From Calditrichota bacterium (lineage in GTDB: Bacteria > Calditrichota > Calditrichia > Calditrichales > Calditrichaceae), in the NCBI GenBank assembly GCA_003854985.1, contig RQOG01000153.1, positions 1-17,626 on the forward strand: DNA of 17,626 nucleotides. Reading direction: 5' to 3'. A program made the position numbers and the translations under genes. A model generated the notes under the pieces. It saw nothing but the letters and a program-made list of their open reading frames with translations, was not told the DNA's origin and did no database searches. This document shows, piece by piece, positions 1 through 7,851 of the stretch (position 1 is its first letter; every line of letters starts with the position of its first letter).

Positions 1-912
1 CCTAAAACTTTAAAACTTTCTCAACAATTAGTCAAACAGGCTGAAAAAGAGTTGAATGAGAATCGTTATGATACTGATATGGCGCGTAGTCTGGCGCAGC
101 AGGCCAATTATCAGGCTAAGCATGCGATTTATCTCGCAAAGGCTATTAAACAGATTAAAGACAATGATCAGAGCTGGGAAGACTTGATGCTGGTTTCGGA
201 AAGACCCTTACAGCAAATTGCATATGAGGCGAACCTGGATGTTTCGTTCGAAACCGGTCTTGGTACTGCGACCAATGAAATAATTGAATACATCGCTACA
301 AACCAGATTAACCTTGCTGTATTAAATCAGAATATGGACTTTAATGAACATGAACTCTACCTGCAAAATAGGCGGATAGTTGAACTTGAGCAACAGCTTG
401 GGAGTCAGGCCGAGGAAAAGTCAGAGTTAGCACAGCAGATTAGAATGCAAAAGAAAACAGTTGAGCTATTTACCAATATAGAACGCTCATTCAAAAGCAC
501 GGAAGCCAGAGTATTGCGGGAGGGTAATGACATCATAATCCGCCTGGTTGGATTAAATTTCCCCAGTGCCCAGGCGACTATAGAGCAAAAATCGTTTGGC
601 TTATTGACCAAAGTGCGTGATGCCATAAATGACTTCCCCGGATGTACTGTTTCTGTTCTGGGCTATACGGATTCGTACGGTGGCGATGCGCAGAACTTGG
701 AGTTATCAAAGGATCGCGCCGAAGCGGTAAAACAATATCTTCTGGCTAATTCCAAGCTCGCTGCTGCACAAATTGAGGCGATAGGGTATGGCGAAATCAA
801 ACCAATTGCCAGTAACGATAGTGAGGGAGGCCGCGCCACTAACCGCCGTGTTGAGGTTGTCATTCATCCGGCAATGACGATGCGAATGTTATCTGATGGT
901 TCTTCATTATGA
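1..912 (+). CDS. OmpA/MotB C-terminal-domain protein with an N-terminal coiled-coil region. It is 5'-partial: the reading frame is open back to the window edge.
   Basis: Frame 1 is open from nt 1. The ORF track begins at a TTG at 52, but there is no upstream stop. The C-terminal half carries the OmpA-like peptidoglycan-binding signature (VLGYTDSYGGDAQNLELSKDRAEAVKQYL...NRRVEVVI). The N-terminal half is heptad-like and Q/E/K-rich. Confidence 0.7.
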   Translation, partial: PKTLKLSQQLVKQAEKELNENRYDTDMARSLAQQANYQAKHAIYLAKAIKQIKDNDQSWEDLMLVSERPLQQIAYEANLDVSFETGLGTATNEIIEYIATNQINLAVLNQNMDFNEHELYLQNRRIVELEQQLGSQAEEKSELAQQIRMQKKTVELFTNIERSFKSTEARVLREGNDIIIRLVGLNFPSAQATIEQKSFGLLTKVRDAINDFPGCTVSVLGYTDSYGGDAQNLELSKDRAEAVKQYLLANSKLAAAQIEAIGYGEIKPIASNDSEGGRATNRRVEVVIHPAMTMRMLSDGSSL

Positions 913-979
913 TAACGAAGACAAAATTCATGAACAAACCGATGGCATTCAGGATTTTATGAACTGGATACTGTTGAGT

Positions 980-1010
980 AAAGCGCTGAGCCTATCAGCG
1001 CTTTATCTTA
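980..1010 (+). terminator. Rho-independent terminator candidate downstream of the OmpA-like gene.
   Basis: Perfect 10-bp inverted repeat AAAGCGCTGA (980-989) and TCAGCGCTTT (995-1004) with a 5-nt loop, followed by the T-rich run ATCTTAAAAAA. Confidence 0.5.
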
Positions 1011-1068
1011 AAAAATATCAAAGAAAAAGTTTGGTCAAAAAACAAATGGTAAGATAAAACAGGAGTTC

Positions 1069-1962
1069 ATGATGATTTTTATATTAGTAGTAATGATTAC
1101 TATAGCTGCTTTTTTTGTGTGGTTGAACGCAGCAAAAAAGATACGCCAGAATGAAGCCAAATTTCGACAGGTTCGTAGTGTAAGTCTTTTAATAATGAGT
1201 ATTTTTATAATTCTTATGTTAATCCAATTTTTCACACAGGTTCCGGCTGGACATGTTGGCGTGGTTGATTTTTTTGGAATTGTATCTAAGAATTCACTTC
1301 CTTCCGGAATAAATCTGGTGAATCCGCTGGCAAGAGTCATTAAATTTTCAATCCAGACCAAAGAACATAAAGAAACAATGCAAGTACTCTCGCGTGAAGG
1401 ACTTACCATCGGGCTGGAGATAAGCGCACTCTATAGACTCGACCCTGATTCTGCAGCTCGTGTTTATAAAACCGTTGCCGGGGGCGACTATGAGACAATT
1501 ATTTTGATTCCGCAATTCCGCTCTATAAGCCGTGCAGTTACGGCAAGTTTCCAAGCCAGCGCGCTCTATTCGACCGAACGGGACCGGCTGGGCATGGCAA
1601 TTCAGGAAGAACTTGCCAGGACAATTGCACCTCGTGGAGTTATTATTGAAACAACGCCATTGCGTAATGTGGCGTTGCCTGTTCAACTAACAGAAGCTAT
1701 TGAACAAAAACAAAAAGCTGATCAGGAAAGCCAGCGAATGGAATTTATCCTGACGAAAGAAAAACAGGAAGCAGACAGGAAACGGATCGAAGCAAAAGGT
1801 ATTGCTGATTTTCAGACAATTGTAGCGGCAGGTATTAGCGAACAATTATTGCGCTGGAAGGGCATTGAAGCTACTGAAAAACTGGCAAGCTCACCCAATA
1901 CAAAGGTGATTATTGTGGGAGCGGGTAAGGACGGATTGCCTATTATTCTGGATACAAAATAG
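1069..1962 (+). CDS. SPFH/band-7 (prohibitin/HflC-like) membrane protein.
   Basis: AGGAG sits 4-7 nt upstream of the ATGATG start. Two N-terminal hydrophobic helices are followed by SPFH-domain motifs (VPAGHVGVVDFFG..., ...QTIVAAGISEQLLRWKGIEATEKLASSPNTKVIIVG). Antisense ORFs 1035-1409 and 1348-1686 lie inside it and are discounted. Confidence 0.8.
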   Translation: MMIFILVVMITIAAFFVWLNAAKKIRQNEAKFRQVRSVSLLIMSIFIILMLIQFFTQVPAGHVGVVDFFGIVSKNSLPSGINLVNPLARVIKFSIQTKEHKETMQVLSREGLTIGLEISALYRLDPDSAARVYKTVAGGDYETIILIPQFRSISRAVTASFQASALYSTERDRLGMAIQEELARTIAPRGVIIETTPLRNVALPVQLTEAIEQKQKADQESQRMEFILTKEKQEADRKRIEAKGIADFQTIVAAGISEQLLRWKGIEATEKLASSPNTKVIIVGAGKDGLPIILDTK

Positions 1963-2077
1963 GAAAAACCTGTTTCCGGTAATTCAATTATTAGGATCTT
2001 GATAAAACGATCCTATTGTTGAATGCAATTCTCCAAAGGGATTGCACAAATTTATTTGATTTGAAAGGAAGGTTAAA

Positions 2078-2290
2078 ATGAAATCCAAAATAATTCTGAG
2101 CGTAATCCTGACAGGTCTGGCGTTAATCTTCATGATTCAAAATTTCTCTGTCATAAATATACGTCTGTTATTCTGGTCGTTCTCTATATCCGGCTCACTG
2201 CTCATGTTCTCACTATTCTTAACGGGATTTATTCTTGGATGGGTAATACATAGCTATAGCATTCATAGCAGGAGAAATGTTAAAGATTGA
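2078..2290 (+). CDS. Small two-helix inner-membrane protein, LapA/YciS-like (DUF1049).
   Basis: Strong SD AAGGAAGG 8 nt upstream of the ATG. The 70-aa product has two TM helices with QN...W...GF.LGW spacing typical of the LapA family. Confidence 0.55.
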   Translation: MKSKIILSVILTGLALIFMIQNFSVINIRLLFWSFSISGSLLMFSLFLTGFILGWVIHSYSIHSRRNVKD

Positions 2291-2379
2291 TAGATTCTAT
2301 GATAACGATTGGCACAATGTGTAAGAAATAATCAGATTTGACAAAAAAGTAAAATGTGACAGTGTGAATAATGTTATCC

Positions 2380-2392
2380 TTTAGTATAGAAT
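2380..2392 (+). promoter_or_regulatory. Copy 1 of the recurrent intergenic motif TTTAG-TA-TAGAAT, a candidate −10-like promoter element.
   Basis: TTTAGTATAGAAT. TAGAAT matches the TATAAT consensus at 5 of 6 positions. Every copy of this 8-mer in the window lies in intergenic DNA. Confidence 0.3.
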
Positions 2393-2470
2393 TGAAACGA
2401 GCTTTGATCCATGCACATCCATGCAGGAGAATAGTTCATGATGGAATTCATTGAGTACATAGTAAAAAAA

Positions 2471-2478
2471 ATTCTATA
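2471..2478 (-). promoter_or_regulatory. Inverted copy of TATAGAAT (the + strand reads ATTCTATA) in the same long intergenic region.
   Basis: On the minus strand this reads GGTTTATAGAATTTT. It would fire toward lower coordinates, where no gene lies nearby, so it could mark a small RNA or a divergent promoter. Confidence 0.2.
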
Positions 2479-2692
2479 AACCACGTTAAGTTCCTATCAT
2501 TTAAAATACATTGAAATGGCAGAACTATTAACTGTATGTCCCTCATAATCCAAAACTATAATCAGGTATACAAAGCGAATCAAATGCAGCAGATTAAATG
2601 GGTAACGCGGCGGCAAAGATTTTTTTCTTGATATTTGATCAGATGAAATGTATTATTTAACCCTATTTCCATATATGAGTATAAGAGACCCA

Positions 2693-2706
2693 TTTAGCTA
2701 TAGAAT
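2693..2706 (+). promoter_or_regulatory. Copy 2 of TTTAG-CTA-TAGAAT, the promoter candidate for the gene starting at 2727.
   Basis: TTTAGCTATAGAAT ends 20 nt before the ATG at 2727 and 11 nt before its GGAGG Shine-Dalgarno site. Confidence 0.3.
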
Positions 2707-2726
2707 ATGACAAGTTGGAGGTAAAA

Positions 2727-3311
2727 ATGAGAGCGTTGTCTGTTTTAAGCCTGGCGTTTTTACTCTGCTATTGTGAAAAATCAACCACATCGGTTGAAAA
2801 ATATACAATCAGCTGGCCGTTACGGGCGGACTCCATGAACTTTGCCATTTTAGGCGTTAACGGGGAAACGTATGCTCTGGAAGGCGGATATTTTGCTCAT
2901 TATGAAAAATGCGCGAACTGTTCTGCCGACAGTCTGCCTTTCGATGTAACAACTATACTTGCCCATGGCTTTGATGTAATAACCTTCAGGTATTCTTATA
3001 CAATGGACACATTATTCCGCGCTTTTCTTTTCCTGAGCAGCTCTCAATCCAATTCGGTTTTTTCCCCTGAATTAAATCTTTTATCAGATCAATTTAAAAC
3101 AGTAAACCGAAAGGTTGAAATGCCTCAGCAGGTTGAATATTATGGTCATTATTATCTGTTTGATCAGGCGACGCTGGAGCAGAAAAGCGACAGTGCATGG
3201 AATGCCATAAGTGATCTGGATATTGTTAATGATTTCAGTCAGCAAAATTTTCAGGTTGGATTTTTTCGCTTTAACAAACAACCGGAATGGCTTGTATTTC
3301 TGGTAAGGTAA
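2727..3311 (+). CDS. Hypothetical secreted protein with an N-terminal signal peptide and no recognisable domain.
   Basis: The track ORF starts at a TTG at 2715. The ATG at 2727 is better supported because GGAGGT sits 4 nt upstream. The N-terminus MRALSVLSLAFLLCYC is signal-like. The rest is Y/F/S-rich and matches no family I recognise. Confidence 0.5.
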   Translation: MRALSVLSLAFLLCYCEKSTTSVEKYTISWPLRADSMNFAILGVNGETYALEGGYFAHYEKCANCSADSLPFDVTTILAHGFDVITFRYSYTMDTLFRAFLFLSSSQSNSVFSPELNLLSDQFKTVNRKVEMPQQVEYYGHYYLFDQATLEQKSDSAWNAISDLDIVNDFSQQNFQVGFFRFNKQPEWLVFLVR

Positions 3312-3538
3312 GGCTTGCTATAATAACTATCGTTAAAATAAAATATCATTAATTTTTATACTATTGATTTGGATATCAAGTCGAATGTTTTAATTACATT
3401 ATAATTTTTATGAAATTTGAACTTATGCACTATAAAATAGTTTGAGGATTTAAATGTAGAAAAAAAACGACTCATCCTTATTAAAACACCCAATGTAGTT
3501 ACATTTAAAATTTAGGTTTAAAGATCAAGGAGGTTGTA

Positions 3539-4021
3539 ATGCGAAATTTACCGCTCATTATGTTTGGGATTATAACAATGTTAGTATTATCCTGCAGTAG
3601 TGTTAAATATGTTAAGTCTTCCGATGATCCTGATGAAACGCTCAGGGAATTCAATTATCTGGCGCGACATCGCACTGGTTATATCGTGCTTAATTCCGGA
3701 GAAATTATCGAAACCTACCTTATTAAATTACAGAAAGACAGTTTGGAATATATTGAACAGGATGAATCATCGTATAAAACCATCCATTCGAATGAGATTA
3801 AACTGATATATTTTAAAGACCGCTTTTCGTCCGCCATGCAGGGAGCGCTGGCAGGCGCAATAGGAACAGGACTGATTAGTCTTGCAGTGATTGACAGAGA
3901 TGCGGATATGGCAGGTCTTGCAGTTGCTTATGCTATGGCTGGCGGTACTGTTGTCGGCGCGGCAACCGGAGGATTGATTGGTAATAAGGTTAAATACATC
4001 ATCCTGCCCGATGAAAAATAA
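3539..4021 (+). CDS. Lipoprotein with a C-terminal glycine-zipper (Gly-zipper_2TM / 17-kDa-antigen-like) domain.
   Basis: GGAGG SD sits 6 nt upstream of the ATG. The N-terminus has a signal peptide plus a VLSC lipobox-like Cys. The C-terminus is GALAGAIGTGLISLAVI...AYAMAGGTVVGAATGGLIGN, a GxxxG-repeat glycine zipper. Confidence 0.55.
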   Translation: MRNLPLIMFGIITMLVLSCSSVKYVKSSDDPDETLREFNYLARHRTGYIVLNSGEIIETYLIKLQKDSLEYIEQDESSYKTIHSNEIKLIYFKDRFSSAMQGALAGAIGTGLISLAVIDRDADMAGLAVAYAMAGGTVVGAATGGLIGNKVKYIILPDEK

Positions 4022-4196
4022 TAGATAAACATCCTGGTTAGAGAGTTATACGATAAAAATAGTCAAAGCATGGCTGAATACATATATCGTTTTCATCGTT
4101 AACTCCTGTGATGACGGCAGAGGTAAAAATATCATTCTTAATGTATTCGAAATTGTTTTGTATTTTCTCTTTGCGTAATCTCCTTGTGAGAAATGT

Positions 4197-4207
4197 TTTA
4201 ATAGAAT
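4197..4207 (+). promoter_or_regulatory. TAATAGAAT, a −10-like element about 46 nt upstream of the HD-domain gene.
   Basis: TTTTAATAGAATTGC shares TAGAATTG with copy 1 at 2387-2394. Confidence 0.25.
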
Positions 4208-4253
4208 TGCTGAATTATTTTGGTTTCGTTGATTATTAAAAGGGAAGCGTGCA

Positions 4254-4832
4254 TTGAAGGAAATCGAAAATATTTTAAGCTTCATCGTGGAGCTTGATAA
4301 ACTCAAGAATGTATATAGAAAATCCAGGCCGGTTGGTGTGGACCGTTATGAAAATTCCGCCGAACACAGCTGGCAAGTCTGCCTGGCTGCCCTGGCTCTG
4401 AAAGATTTTGCCAACGAAAAAACCGACATCGACCGGGTGATTAAAATGCTGTTAATCCATGATCTTGGCGAGATTGACGCCGGAGACACCATTGTTTATG
4501 CGGGTAAAAGCAGGGAACAGAAGGCGCAGGAAACAGCCGGTGTGGAGAGGCTGCTGAGCTTTCTTTCCGAAAGCAACTGTAAGGAATACCTGGCGCTGTG
4601 GTTTGAATTTGAAGAGGGTGAAACCCCGGAAGCAAAATTTGCCCGGGCGATCGACCGGGTGCCGCCGTTACTGCAAAACCTGAATGGTAAGGGATGTACC
4701 TGGCAGGAAAACAATATCGGCAAAGAGCAGGTGTTTACCGTGAACCGCCGCATCAGCGAGGGCAGCAGGGAACTTTGGAAAACCATAAAAGCCATGCTGG
4801 ACAAAGCCGTAGCAGACGGCATTTTGAAATAA
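4254..4832 (+). CDS. HD-domain phosphohydrolase, YfbR/HDDC2-like 5'-deoxynucleotidase family.
   Basis: TTG start with AAGGGAAG SD. Motifs ENSAEHSWQVCLAA and LLIHDLGEIDAGD supply the His...His-Asp...Asp metal ligands of HD hydrolases in the same order as E. coli YfbR. Confidence 0.75.
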   Translation: MKEIENILSFIVELDKLKNVYRKSRPVGVDRYENSAEHSWQVCLAALALKDFANEKTDIDRVIKMLLIHDLGEIDAGDTIVYAGKSREQKAQETAGVERLLSFLSESNCKEYLALWFEFEEGETPEAKFARAIDRVPPLLQNLNGKGCTWQENNIGKEQVFTVNRRISEGSRELWKTIKAMLDKAVADGILK

Positions 4833-4848
4833 ATAAGGATGAAAATTT

Positions 4849-5181
4849 ATGAACCGGATATTTCCTGAACCGATTACAAATCTGCCGGAGGCGGATATTC
4901 CGCTGGATGGCGTAACCGCTTATCTTTCTCAATCGGATACGCATCAGATAATATTTATGCAGTTTGCAAAAGATGTTGATCTGCCGGAACACGCACATGC
5001 TTCGCAGGTGGGCATCGTTTTAGAGGGCAGGATCGAATTGATTATTGATGGCAAAAAACAATGTTTCACAAAAGGAGACCGTTATCATATTCCCGCAGGC
5101 GTAAAACATTCCGGTAAAATCTATGCCGGATATGCGGATATAACTTTTTTCAATGAGCCGGACCGGTATTCTGAGAAATAA
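4849..5181 (+). CDS. Cupin-2 conserved-barrel protein.
   Basis: AAGGA SD. The HAHASQVGIVLEGRIELIIDGK...GDRYHIPAGVKHS stretch is the two-motif cupin signature (G(X)5HXH...G(X)5PXG(X)2H). Confidence 0.7.
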   Translation: MNRIFPEPITNLPEADIPLDGVTAYLSQSDTHQIIFMQFAKDVDLPEHAHASQVGIVLEGRIELIIDGKKQCFTKGDRYHIPAGVKHSGKIYAGYADITFFNEPDRYSEK

Positions 5182-5226
5182 TAACTGGCATTAACTGTAC
5201 TTACTGGGAAATCGGGACATAAATAC

Positions 5227-5265
5227 TTGACAGTACGTACGTTTGTTTATATTTTACATACGTAT
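5227..5265 (+). promoter_or_regulatory. Promoter of the toxin-antitoxin operon with two palindromic operator candidates.
   Basis: TTGACA (5227-5232), a 15-17 nt spacer, then TATATT/TATTTT (5248-5255). The perfect palindrome GTACGTAC (5233-5240) sits in the spacer, and ATACGTAT (5258-5265) sits at the expected transcription start. Confidence 0.4.
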
Positions 5266-5282
5266 TGATTGGGGTGAATAAC

Positions 5283-5540
5283 ATGAATAAAAAATTAACT
5301 TTATTACTTGATGAAACAATAATCAGCCAGGCCAAGGAATACGCAAGAAAACAAAATGAAACGCTTTCCGGAATGGTTGAAAAATATTTTTCCTATATAA
5401 CAACAAAAAATCCCGGAAAAGTACATATAAGTACTTCCCGTGATATTGAAGAACTTTCGGGTATAATCAAAGTTCCGGATAATTATAATATTAAAGAAGA
5501 CTATCGTCAATATCGTTCAAATCGGATTTTAAGTGAATAA
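5283..5540 (+). CDS. Type II antitoxin, ribbon-helix-helix (CopG/VapB-like).
   Basis: The ATG at 5283 (MNKKLTLLLDETIISQAKEYARKQNETLSGMVEKYF) has a GGGGTGA SD. A beta-strand then two helices is typical of RHH. It overlaps the downstream PIN gene by 8 nt (GTGAATAA). Confidence 0.6.
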   Translation: MNKKLTLLLDETIISQAKEYARKQNETLSGMVEKYFSYITTKNPGKVHISTSRDIEELSGIIKVPDNYNIKEDYRQYRSNRILSE

Positions 5541-5964
5541 ACTTTTTATTGATTCTGATATTTTAATTGATTTACTGGCCAAAAGACCGCACTATGATGA
5601 AGCGCTGGGATTATTAGCACTTATTGCAGAGAATAAGGCTAAAGCCTATACTACGCCGCTTGTGTTCGCAAACGTAGATTATATTGTTACCAAATTCGGG
5701 AACAAACAAAAATCAAGAAAAGCAATAAGAACACTTCGAAAGAATATTTCTGTTTTAACCATGAATGAAAAGATCTTTGATGAAGCTCTTGAATCTTCTT
5801 TTTCTGATTTTGAAGATGCCTTACAATATTTCTCCGCGATGAATCAGGCCGTTGACTTCATAATTACGCGAAACAAAAAGGACTATGCTGCGGGAAAACT
5901 TAAAGTACTTACAGCAGGAGAATATCTGGATATTCACTATGCAGAGCAACGCTCAAAAGGCTAA
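5533..5964 (+). CDS. PIN-domain toxin (VapC-like ribonuclease).
   Basis: GTG start. The N-terminal LFIDSDILIDLL carries the first catalytic Asp, and further acidic residues fall in FSDFEDALQYFSAM and DFIITRNKKDY. The 143-aa size and position after a small RHH gene fit a toxin. Confidence 0.75.
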   Translation: MNKLFIDSDILIDLLAKRPHYDEALGLLALIAENKAKAYTTPLVFANVDYIVTKFGNKQKSRKAIRTLRKNISVLTMNEKIFDEALESSFSDFEDALQYFSAMNQAVDFIITRNKKDYAAGKLKVLTAGEYLDIHYAEQRSKG

Positions 5965-6341
5965 ATGCTTCAGGTTAAAACCGGAAGATTTTTTATTATG
6001 GTTCAATATAGATTAAATTATGGAAAAAAATCGTTAACCGGCATACGCCTTTCCGTTTGGCCGATCAGAACATCGCCGAGTGGGAAACCCGTCTTCCGGG
6101 TGGTCTGCCTGTTTCGCCTGTCCAGGCGGCTTTATGCCTGCGTGAAATTTCCCGTACAGCCATGTTTATCAAAGGATTGGCTGGTGCTATCCGGAAAGAA
6201 ATGAGTAAAGTCCGCAAGCGCCTGTCTGCGTTTTATATGCGGGCTGCGGCCTTTATGCCTTGCTGCCCTGGCCGCTTCCAGCGTAACCACTTTTGTTTCG
6301 GGCAAATGATTCAAAATATAACAATGGCTTTCGATAGTTGA
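5965..6341. other. GC-rich non-coding island with internal imperfect direct repeats. It is a candidate structured RNA or gene remnant.
   Basis: GC content here is clearly higher than the flanking AT-rich DNA. It lies between the convergent PIN and feoB ends. Only short overlapping ORFs on both strands are present, none with a start context. CGCCTGTCy occurs at 6115 and 6219, and GCGGCyTTTATGCCTkGC at 6125 and 6247. Confidence 0.3.
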
Positions 6342-6468
6342 GTGTTAATAGTAATCGTTATCGAGAGCGGTTAAAAGTTAAAAAAAATTTTTGCTGATTG
6401 ACATTCGATACTCGGTTATACATTTTATCATGCCGAGTGCTCTGTCGACGCCTTTTTGATTCAGTCTT

Positions 6469-7851
6469 TTAAAACGAACGCACAATCTGAGCCACCAGAA
6501 AAGTGACCATAAAAGCAATAACCAGGGGCATCAGTGCTCCGATGGTGGTCCATTTGGCGCTTTTGGTTTCTTTCCAGATGGTTAAAATAGTTGTGGAACA
6601 AGGATTATGCAGTAAGGAAAACAGCATCAGATTGACAGCGGTGAGCAATGTCCAGCCGGCTTGATCGACTAATAATGATTTTAATTGCACCAGATCGCTT
6701 ATCTCAATCATCATGCCCGAATTGGTATAGCTCATGAGTATGGTGGGGACTACAATTTCATTGGCCGGAATGGCTATAATATAGGCCAGTAATATAGTGC
6801 CATCCATGCCAAGAAGATGCCCGAATGGCTGCAGGAACCGGGCAATCCACAAACTCAGGGATATGCCATCGATTGAAATATTAGCCAGCAGCCAGATGAT
6901 TCTGCCGGCTGGTGCCGCCATAATGATCGCTCGCCACAGGACAAATATGGTGCGGTCAATCAGTGATGTATAAAGAATGCGCATAATGTTTGGCTTGCGG
7001 TAAGGCGGCAGTTCCAGGGTAAAACTGCTGGCTTCCCCTTTTAAAATTGTTTTCGAAAGCGCCCAGGAAACCACGAAGGTAAAAATCACACCGAATAATA
7101 CAATACCGACCACCGATCCTGCGGCGATTATGGATGAAACTGCCGGGGGGAATGCGGCGGACACAAATACAATGGAAAGCATAATCAACGTGGGAAAACG
7201 TCCGTTGCAGGGAACGAAATTATTGGTTAAAATGGCGATCAGTCTTTCCCGCGGTGATTCGATAATCCGCGTGGCAATGACGCCGGCGGCATTACAGCCG
7301 AAGCCCATACTCATGGTCAGTGCCTGCTTGCCATGCGCGCCGGCCTTTTTAAATAACCAATCCAGATTAAAGGCTACCCGCGGCAGGTATCCGAAATCTT
7401 CCAGGATGGTAAAAATAGGGAAGAAGATGGCCATGGGCTGCAGCATCACCGCCACGACCCAGGCTAAACCGCGATATACGCCGTGTACAAAAAATCCGGT
7501 AAACCACCATGGTATATTCAGCCAATCCAAAACGGCCGCCATTTGATCTTCCAGCCAGAACAAAAAACCGGCGATCATCTGCGAAGGATAATTAGCCCCG
7601 ACAATGGTCACCCAGAATACTCCCATTAAAAGCAAAAACATGATGGGAAGTCCCCAGATGGGAGAGGTAAGAATACGATCGATTTTTAGGTCCAAATCGT
7701 ATTTGCGCTGTGAAGAGATATTCAATACTTTTGAACTGATTGTTTCCACATCTTTATAAATATCAATTACCATTATATCGCGGAAATTATCGTCCAGTCC
7801 TGAACGTACCTTGTTTGCTTTCTGGATAAGTTTCTTACCTGCCGAATTCAT
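6469..7851 (-). CDS. feoB: Ferrous iron transporter FeoB, C-terminal permease portion (nucleoside-recognition/gate domains).
   Basis: A 460-aa polytopic membrane protein. It starts with the FeoB linker KIDRILTSPIWGLPIMFLLLMGVF and then carries the paired FeoB membrane modules. Its ATG overlaps the stop of the G-domain ORF (ATGA), and AGGGGA sits 7 nt upstream. Confidence 0.85.
   Translation of the reverse strand: MNSAGKKLIQKANKVRSGLDDNFRDIMVIDIYKDVETISSKVLNISSQRKYDLDLKIDRILTSPIWGLPIMFLLLMGVFWVTIVGANYPSQMIAGFLFWLEDQMAAVLDWLNIPWWFTGFFVHGVYRGLAWVVAVMLQPMAIFFPIFTILEDFGYLPRVAFNLDWLFKKAGAHGKQALTMSMGFGCNAAGVIATRIIESPRERLIAILTNNFVPCNGRFPTLIMLSIVFVSAAFPPAVSSIIAAGSVVGIVLFGVIFTFVVSWALSKTILKGEASSFTLELPPYRKPNIMRILYTSLIDRTIFVLWRAIIMAAPAGRIIWLLANISIDGISLSLWIARFLQPFGHLLGMDGTILLAYIIAIPANEIVVPTILMSYTNSGMMIEISDLVQLKSLLVDQAGWTLLTAVNLMLFSLLHNPCSTTILTIWKETKSAKWTTIGALMPLVIAFMVTFLVAQIVRSF

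Noticed and set aside
1035-1686. Minus-strand ORFs 1035-1409 (124 aa) and 1348-1686 (112 aa).
   Set aside because: They are fully antisense to the well-supported SPFH gene, have low-complexity translations and no SD, and are typical shadow ORFs.
5965-6341. Treating ORFs 5965-6204, 6057-6341 (+) and 6132-6314 (−) as protein genes.
   Set aside because: They overlap one another in three frames, lack SDs, and yield translations with no recognisable fold. They look like by-products of a GC-rich non-coding segment, which is reported instead as an island.
5965-6341. RNase P RNA, tmRNA, SRP RNA or TPP-riboswitch identity for the GC-rich island.
   Set aside because: The hallmark strings I looked for (GGAAAGUCCGGGC, GGGGCUGAUUCUGGAUUCGAC...CCACCA, the SRP GGAAG domain-IV loop, the CUGAGA TPP element) are absent on either strand. 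Identity remains open, pending a covariance-model search.
6398-6430. A TTGACA hexamer on the + strand pointing into the 3' end of feoB as an antisense promoter.
   Set aside because: No acceptable −10 follows at 15-19 nt spacing (the best candidates are ATACAT or TACATT), so it is too weak to call.
7130-7546. Plus-strand 138-aa ORF inside feoB.
   Set aside because: It is antisense to the conserved FeoB permease. Its composition mirrors the coding strand, and there is no start context.
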